A program made the position numbers and the translations under genes. From the NCBI GenBank assembly GCA_951406725.2, contig OX597826.1, forward strand, positions 11,966,001 through 12,030,000: a stretch of 64,000 bases of DNA, read 5' to 3'. Below are positions 55,830 through 64,000 of this stretch, piece after piece. Under the pieces are notes generated by a model. It was not told the origin of the DNA. It searched no databases and saw nothing but the letters and a program-made list of their open reading frames with translations. Positions within the stretch are counted from its first letter, which is position 1. Each line of letters begins with the position of its first letter. The DNA is from Octopus vulgaris. Lineage: Eukaryota.

Positions 55830-55911
55830 GATGTCATATAAATTTTTGTTTATTCCATGTCAGAGCAAGCTTTCCCGACAGGTAGGCCTCCTGATCAGGA
55901 GATGTTTTTAG
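55830..55911 (+). CDS. Candidate exon D (terminal, or spliced at 55881)
   Basis: Strong pyrimidine tract plus ag, phase-2 compatible; MSYKFLFIPCQSKLSRQ, then either a CAG|gtaggc donor or read-through VGLLIRRCF-TAG; AATAAA at 56061. Confidence 0.45.
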
Positions 55912-56342
55912 CAAAAAAACTTCGTTGTGGATTCTTTTCTTTTTTAAATTATTTTACATGTCTGTTCGACCGTTTCACATGACTTTATTCATTAAAACTT
56001 ATTAAAACTTCACAAATTCTTACAACCTTGATCGTCATAATGCTTTACTTTCGTTTCATTAATAAAATTTCCTCCTCCTAATAATTTTGCTTTCATTTTG
56101 TGATAGACAGCTATCATGCAGAAAATACCAGTTTCCAAATCCTGTTTTCTGTTTAGGTAAAATTGATTAAAGTTCAAATCTCAGTAACATTTTTCTGGAA
56201 CACATACATAACAAAATCGGATTTAACGTGGAAGATTATTTCAATATACCAAATGTGAAGATTTTGACCTAATTTTAAAATCTCACAATATGTGACAACA
56301 AGAACACCCTACAAAAGTAGAGAGACAGACAGTTATAGGACG

Positions 56343-56412
<70 letters not shown>

Positions 56413-56589
56413 ACACATATATACAAACGTACACATGTAATCACGACTTTAAAAGGTGTATAGTAGACACATGTATGTATATATGTATGTATATATATAT
56501 ATATGTATGTATATATATATGTATGTATGTATATATATATATGTATATATATATATGTATATATGTATGTGTGTGTGTGTGTATGTATC

Positions 56590-56800
56590 TGTGTTTCTCT
56601 CCCCACCATCGCTTGCCAACCGATGCTGGTGTGCTTACGTCCCTTTAACTTAGTGGTTTGGCAAAAGAGACCGATAGAATAACTACTAAGCTTACAAAGA
56701 ATAAGTCCTCGGGTCGATTTGCTCGACTAAAGGCGGTGCTCCGGCATGGCCGCTGTCAAATGGCTGAAAAAAAAAATAAAAGAATAAAAGAGTAAAAGAA
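56590..56800 (+). mobile_element. SINE family 1, 3' half
   Basis: CATCGCTTGCCAACCGATGCTGGTG...AAAGGCGGTGCTCCGGCATGGCCG. Confidence 0.85.
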
Positions 56801-57594
56801 TAAAGATATATAAGGTGATAAAATATCTGTCCCGATGCTCTGCAGAGTTTTTCTCGCGTCTTTGCATACTCGGTTCAATTCTATTCAGGATCCTAAAAAG
56901 CACCAACGCCAAGCCGTGGCCCAAGAATTGCAAGCAAAATAAATAGGTCAACAACAAAAACAATTCTCCTTGACCGAGGAGTTAACTGAGGTTTAAACAA
57001 CAGTAATGACCATGCCAATCTAGTGCCGATGCTGGACACATCGTGCGGAAATTGCAGAAGGCATTTTAAGAGAAAAATTTTCTTTCCGAAACAGCAAAGT
57101 AGGAATCGGAATACAGCAGCCGAGCATATAAAAACAATTAAAACTCCATCCGAAAGTTTTTCCCAGGAAGGAAAGATAACCAGTATGATCTGAAATCGAG
57201 AGAACTCTTAAGATCGAACTTCGAAATTTTATGAGACAAGATTTAACGTTGCATGAACGTTAATCGAAATATGGGAATTACAAGAAATTAATTTATTGCT
57301 TTAATAGTAAAATAAAGAACAAAATGAATAAATGAATAAAAACGAAAGAAAGGCAAATAAAAACGAAAAGAAACTAAGAAAATTAAATACAAAACAAACA
57401 TTAATTCTTCAATTCCTAAAATCTGAAAAAAGAAAAAAAAGGAAGAAGCAGAAAGCATTTCAGATTATATTTCCTTCTCCTGATATTAGATATATTTGTA
57501 ATATTCAGCACATGGCGGGCATAAAAACAGAAATAGCTTTCATTTCTACACGAATATACATAACCACACATAAGTATATATATATATAATTGTT

Positions 57595-57682
57595 CTATTC
57601 CTGAGCGTTATACTAATACATCTATTTGTTTTGTACACCACCTGTCTTCGTCTTTTGTTTTTTTCGTAAGTAAACTCTGTCT
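57595..57682 (+). mobile_element. Family B pLTR terminal fragment (another copy at 60960-61044)
   Basis: TATTCCTGAGCGTTATACTAATACATCT...CACCTGTCTTCGTCTTTTG, flanked by (TA)n. Confidence 0.75.
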
Positions 57683-57778
57683 ATATATATACTTATATAT
57701 ATATATATATATAAATAAATATATATATATATATTTAAATATATATATATATATATATATATCAGTATATATATCATA

Positions 57779-57832
<54 letters not shown>

Positions 57833-58021
57833 TAAATATATAAAATCAGAAAGGATTCCTCTTCTTCTCCTTCCTCTTCTTCCTCGTCAATGTCAGCCAT
57901 TGTGTACAGCTATATACAAAGCATGATTCATTGTATATTAATATTGATTGCTTACGGTGAGTCATTTCCTTTGAGTTATTAAAATCTCACAATATTGACA
58001 GGATGATGGAATTATTAAATA

Positions 58022-58658
58022 CTAGCAGTATCGCCCAGCGTTGCTCGGGTTTGTAAGTGAAATAACTATATAAGCATTTTTAGAGAGTTATAGCCAAAAA
58101 ATAGCAAAAAATGCATTAAAAATGGAAAAAATATGATGGTAAATTTTTTGAAAAATCGTTGACTCATCGTAGACATTTTTAGAGAGTTACTTCCCTTATA
58201 TAATAGCGAAAAAATGCATTAAAATGGAAAAAAAACGATGGTAAATTTTTTTTTAAATCGTAGACTCATGTAGACGCTTTCTTAGCCATTTCTGTTTTGG
58301 TGTCTTCAAGCCATGAAGCCGTTGTTCTAAAAGAACGCTGGTCTCCTTGACAAAGCATTACGACGTTGATTTCCTTGCACTCCCTTCCCCACAGGTGCAG
58401 GTGTGAGCGTGGATGCCAACTCCGCCGCAATCGACACACGAAAAATTATGCATTAAAATGGAATAAAAAATGATGTTAAATTATTTTTAAAATCGTAGAC
58501 TCATCGTAGACGCGCGCTAATACTCAGACGGGCTCGATATGAATCACGACTATAAGCTACCCGAATTTGGTTAAACTGCACCGCAAAATGTGGGAGTAGT
58601 TAGGAATCTAAATCGAAGGGGACAGACACTCACACAACTACAGTTTTATATATATAGA
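58022..58658 (-). mobile_element. Non-autonomous Helitron
   Basis: Minus strand A|TCTATATATATAAAACTG...CCCGAGCAACGCTGGGCGATACTGCTAG|T; the 3' ~130 bp is shared with the 52407 copy. Confidence 0.85.
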
Positions 58659-59469
58659 TATACATAGCGCAGTAGTGGTGAGATGTGACAGCAAAGAAAA
58701 GCATTCACTCTCTGCATGCAATTAGACTCGGAAAGTTCGTGAGGAACCCATTGACCCAATTTGCTGACTTTTCCGATAGCACACAGGTCTCAATGAATGG
58801 TTGAATGACCAAATCCAAGCTTCTCTGCTAGTTCCTCAACAGTTACGATGAGATTTTGTTCCACCAGGGTTTTCAGGATGTCCTTGTCGAGTTCTACAGA
58901 TCTTTCAGGATGAGGCTCGTCTTCTAGGCTGTTCCAATATAGCTTTGAAAAAAATAGTTGTTAAAATCGAAATGCACTCTTCAAAACTTGCACTATGAAT
59001 AAGGACAAGATAAAATTACTACCTGCTTTTATAGCAAGTTAATATAAGTAGTTTATCCCATTCCCCTCTGACTTTTAGTTCAAGCTGTTGAAAAAACCGC
59101 ATTATTATATATATATACATACATACATACATACATACATATACACACACACTCTCTCTCTCACACACATGCACACATTTATATTCTGTTATTCTTTTAT
59201 ATGTTTCAGCCTTGAGGTTGTGGCCATGCTGGATCATGTGTGTGTGTGTGTCTATCTGTCTGTCTGTCTGTCTGTATGTATATATGTATATGTATGTGTG
59301 TGAACAATAATATTTTCAACGGATGTGTTGCAAATGTATCTGATTGTTCTCAAGCTTCAATACTGTGTGTGTGTGTGTATGTGTGTGTGTGTATGTATGT
59401 ATATCTATGTATGTATATGTATGTATGTATGTATGTGTGTATGTATGTGTGTGTGTATGTATGTATGTA

Positions 59470-59502
<33 letters not shown>

Positions 59503-60383
59503 ATGTATGTATGTATGTATGAGTGTATGTTTACTTTATTACTAACACAAGCCAGTACGGTTATTTAATGTAAAGTCTTCCTCAAATCACTATCTCTGGC
59601 TATTTACTCTCTTCCAAGAACATTTTCACTCACACTTATGTGTTAACTTCCCATACATTTTACTCATGTATCTATCAGCGTGATAGAGAGAAACAAATAT
59701 TACATCTAGTTTCACTTTATTCGTTGCCCACTGTGTGTGTGCGTTTGCGTGTGGTGTAAACCAGACTAAGAAAAGCATTTGACACACACACCAGAATGTG
59801 AGTTTTCTGTAAATTTTGCTTAATTGGAGTTTAAATTTTAAAAACTGGACCTGGCATGACGCGATGCATTGTACTCTTAAAAATGGTAGGTAAATTGTAA
59901 TTGAAGAAATCCTATATTGTAGATTTGTATAACTCCCAAAGGGAGGCAGATAAAATCTGCCTTTTATATTAAATATGGCAATGTTAAGAAGGGATTTTAA
60001 ATAAATCTGACATAGAGCAATGAGAATAATTAATGAGACGAACCTATGGAAGTGTCGTTTACTGTGGTGCTGTGTCGTATAATGGATTAGCTACTAGCTG
60101 CGCTTAAGTTAATAAATGAAAGAAATTGTAGAGGTAGATAATATCTCATTATGTGTTGAATCCAGGACCACAACAGACAGTATGATTCTTCGTGTTAAAT
60201 TGTTATGCGTTAATCTGCTCACGGGAATCTCACATATAACATTATAGAATGTGTGTGTCGTCGTTCACGCTGTTAGAGGGAGGCAAAACAACAAACGAAG
60301 TTGGAGTGATTGACAGTTAGATCTGTTAAATGCAGGCGAACTCAGCAGTCGCTTTACACATTTTTATGATACTCTTACGCTTA

Positions 60384-60778
60384 CTCTTTTACTCTTTTAC
60401 TTGTTTCAGTCATTTGACTGCGGCCATGCTGGAGCACCGCCTTTAGTCGAGCAAATCGACCCCGGGACTTTTTCTTTTGTAAGCCCAGTACTTATTCTAT
60501 CGGTCTCTTTTGCCGAACCGCTAAGTGACGGGGACGTAAACACACCAGCATCGATTGTCAAGCAATGCTAGGGGGACAAACACAGACACACAAACATATA
60601 CATATATATATATATATATATACATATATACGACAGGCTTCTTCCTGTTTCCGTCTACCAAATCCACTCACAAGGCATTGGTCGGCCCGGGGCTATAGCA
60701 GAAGACACTTGCCCAAGATGCCACGCAGTTGGACTGAACCCGGAACCATGTGGTTGGTTAGCAAGCTACTTACCACAC
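60384..60778 (-). mobile_element. SINE family 1 copy
   Basis: Family match from tail to the A-box region. Confidence 0.9.
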
Positions 60779-61090
60779 ATCGCTCGCGTAATATTTCTAA
60801 ATCATAATATATTTCCTTCTTGTCGTCCGTTTTTCTATGCTTGTCTTTCCTAACACTACCCCTTATTTCGTTTTCCAAGTAAAAGATAACACATTCACAC
60901 ACTCATGGAGACACGCACACATATATTTATATATGCACATACAGCGATGTATATATAAATATTCCTGAGCGTTATACTAATACATCTGTTTGTCTTGTAC
61001 ACCACCGGTCTTCGTCTTTTGTTTTTTTTCGTAAACACTCCCTATATATAAATATTCCTGTGTAAGTATGAGTGTATGTGTGAGTGTATG

Positions 61091-61148
<58 letters not shown>

Positions 61149-62460
61149 ATATACGAGTGAGTAGACAAGCGAAAGTAGGGCACTCAACGCGTTTATTGGG
61201 ACTTACATGTTTGATGCCCTGTCCTTGGTACTCTGAGTTTGAAGCGTGATGCTAATCCTCAGACTTTGGAGGTTTGAATAGAGAAGGTCAATGTTCACTA
61301 CTGAACAGTGTCCTGCCAATTCTTGAGAATGGTCACAGCTTGATGTTGGTATTTCAGCGACAACAATTACTTGGATAATTCCGTATCTAATATAAATGCA
61401 TTATGTACATACATTTACTTAAATGCTGACATTTATAAATGGTATCTCCCATTGTTTTGCTGGGTCATTCTCAATCATTCTCAGTATTTTTGACGACACG
61501 GGTATGCTAGTAGTTATATTATCTTCCTGTGAATAAGAACGTATTTATCGACGTAGTGACATCCGGAGAAATCTTTGTACATAGACAGGCTAAATATTTG
61601 ATCGGTTTTTGAGCATAATCTTCTTCGTCATGCGTAATAGCGCAGTTTATTGTGCCATTTCTATATAATCTTCATGTTCCTAAAATTTTACAAGTGATGG
61701 GGAGTATGGTAACATATTCTTTCAAAGTTCAGACCAATTTTGTTACATTCGTCCTCTATATATTTCTGAATAGGAAGACGTGTGATCGATGTTTCGTTGT
61801 AAGAATTAAACTTTTAAGCGTACATTCATCGGGTTTATGCTAATGTTAATACAAAGACTGGTGGTGGTTAATTCTGCTTTGTAGCTAATCGCTTCCTACC
61901 TCAACGACCGAATAGGGTTACGCATTTGTATTTCTGTGTGTTCAAATAGTCTCAGTTATTTACAGGCCTTTGTCATTGGTCTTTAGGCTAGTCTTATCTA
62001 TCAAGTCTTTTACGCATACGTAGAATCTCTGCATCTGAATTTTGTGTTAATCCTATTGGATGTTTTCCGTAATGTTGATTAAAAGGAAAAAGGAAATGTT
62101 TATGTCTTAAGGCTACGAAGTTTTTAGAAATATTAGATTTAACATTTAAAGAAAGACATGAACGAAATAATGTTACGTCGAATTTTCTTCATTTTGAATG
62201 GCGAAGATTTGCTAGCGATCGGTATGGGCCTTTGTGTGTTAGATTTATTCATGTGAACATGGCCATTAGAATATTTCTTATACATTTACAACATTACGAT
62301 GATTTCAATTATCTTTCTTTTCGATCTTATATGCATGCACTCAAGACCGACTTACACATATGCATACATACAAACTCACACAAGTATATTTAAGTCTGTA
62401 TATCCAGAAGCATATACATAAATACATACATACATACTAACCAATTTATATACATACATT

Positions 62461-62513
<53 letters not shown>

Positions 62514-63734
62514 AGAGAAAGAGACATGAGAGAGAAATGAGGGAGAGAGAAAGAAAGAGAGAGTGAGAGAAAGAAGAGTGTGAGAAAGTGAGAGTTAGAG
62601 AGAGAGAAAAATGTACACTCATATGAATAAGTTATTTAATAGCGAAGTTAACGCGTAATGGTTTCCTTTATATTTCGGCTTTGCTTTTCAATCCCTGCCA
62701 ACAGCAAAGCCTTGCTGTTTGCTTCAGAGCAGCTGTTTGAATGCAGCTGTAAGTCTTATCTCAACAGACTTATTCTGTTGGGTAGCTTAACGGAATGACT
62801 GCCGACTTCAGCTCTCGTATTCATGTAGATAAAGTGTGCTTGCAATCTTTCATGCTGAAAGAATGTATTAAAGACGAAAGAACAGAAAGTTATTGATTAA
62901 ATTGCAAGAAAGGCGGTATTGCTTTCTCAGATACCAACAGAAAAGCACAACAAAGTACAACGAAAGCTACCCTCAATCAATTATTTGCATCGAGACCTTT
63001 TGCATAACAATCTCTGGCGTCTCGTAAATCTAATTACATTTGAAGCCTAAATACAAAGATGCGAATAGATACAGGAAAAAACTCCGGATAGCTACAACGA
63101 TAGGTAGATATAAACAATGATTAGCTAAATAGATATAATGATAAGTAAAAAGATAAATAGATTTTAGAGAATACATTGATATAAAGATGTATGTTTATGA
63201 CAGTTTCCTTTTGTAGGTAACAGACAGGATTAGAAAATAAAATAGAAAGGTTAAATGCAGGGGATGAAATGGAAAGAAAGAAAAATCACTTGCAGATTTT
63301 ATTTTAATTATAATGTTTCTATGAGACATAAACAAAATAATATTTTCTTTTATATATATACGAGAGTAACATGGTAGGAATGAGAAAGATTTATTTGATT
63401 CAGCAGATCACAGCATTTGATTACAGCACTTGATTACTATTTTATCGAGAGCAAAGTGTGATAATAATGAAGCCATGTCAGAGATGAAGGCTCGTTTCAA
63501 TTCATTTTACACTTCATATCCGAGGGGGTGCTGGCTTTAAGGGTATTCCAAGAGGTCTGGTTTCAGGCTCCACCCTTCAGAGTTCTTTTACAGGGCTTAG
63601 AAGAACTGAAGGATCGCTGTATTAAGTGTGTGCATCTGAGAGAAGAGTATGTTGAATAAAACCATAATTAACTGATGCTCCTGTATTTCCTTTCACCCAA
63701 AGCCAGGAACGTTTCAATATTTCCTCCTACATCT

Positions 63735-63928
63735 GTTTCTTTATTAACCACAAGGGGATAAACATAGAGGGGACAAACAAGGACATACAAACGGATTAAG
63801 TCGATTATATCGACCCCAGTGCGTAACTGGTACTTAATCTATTGACCCCGAATGGATGAAAGGCAAAGTCGACCTCGGCGGAATTTGAACTCAGAACGTT
63901 ACGGCAGACGAAATACGGCTACGCATTT
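63735..63928 (-). mobile_element. SINE family 2 copy
   Basis: GGCAAAGTCGACCTCGGCGGAATTTGAACTCAGAACG. Confidence 0.85.
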
Positions 63929-64000
63929 CCTCCTACATCATCTTCCTGTGAATTGAGGCTATAGTTGATTGCCCGAAGGCAAAGTTAGCAATGGAGGTAA

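Noticed and set aside
61150-62300. Possible decayed Penelope/GIY-YIG remnant and hammerhead on the minus strand
   Set aside because: Only faint peptide hints (ISYKAEL) and a broken core; cannot be supported without an alignment.

Overview
AT-rich, repeat-dense animal genomic DNA. The SINE, Penelope and microsatellite landscape resembles Octopus or another cephalopod, but this is an inference. Most ORF-track entries are microsatellite noise. Supported content: (1) three or four phase-compatible exons (44405-55911, +) of a protein with a Notch-ligand N-terminal (MNNL/C2-like) domain, with no DSL or EGF exon visible in the window; (2) two Penelope-like retroelements (RT + GIY-YIG), one nearly intact; (3) a mariner element with TIRs and a TA TSD; (4) R4/Dong and CR1 LINE remnants, two Helitrons, MITEs and many tRNA-derived SINEs. 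The main result is a set of at least four sequence families of short-stem-III type I hammerhead ribozyme motifs, folded by hand only. One family sits once per unit in a 562-bp head-to-tail, hairpin-rich, apparently non-coding tandem array (23187-24379), which is a retrozyme-like architecture that could yield circular RNA. Another family occurs in fold-back (inverted) duplications. Coordinates of degenerate repeats are approximate.
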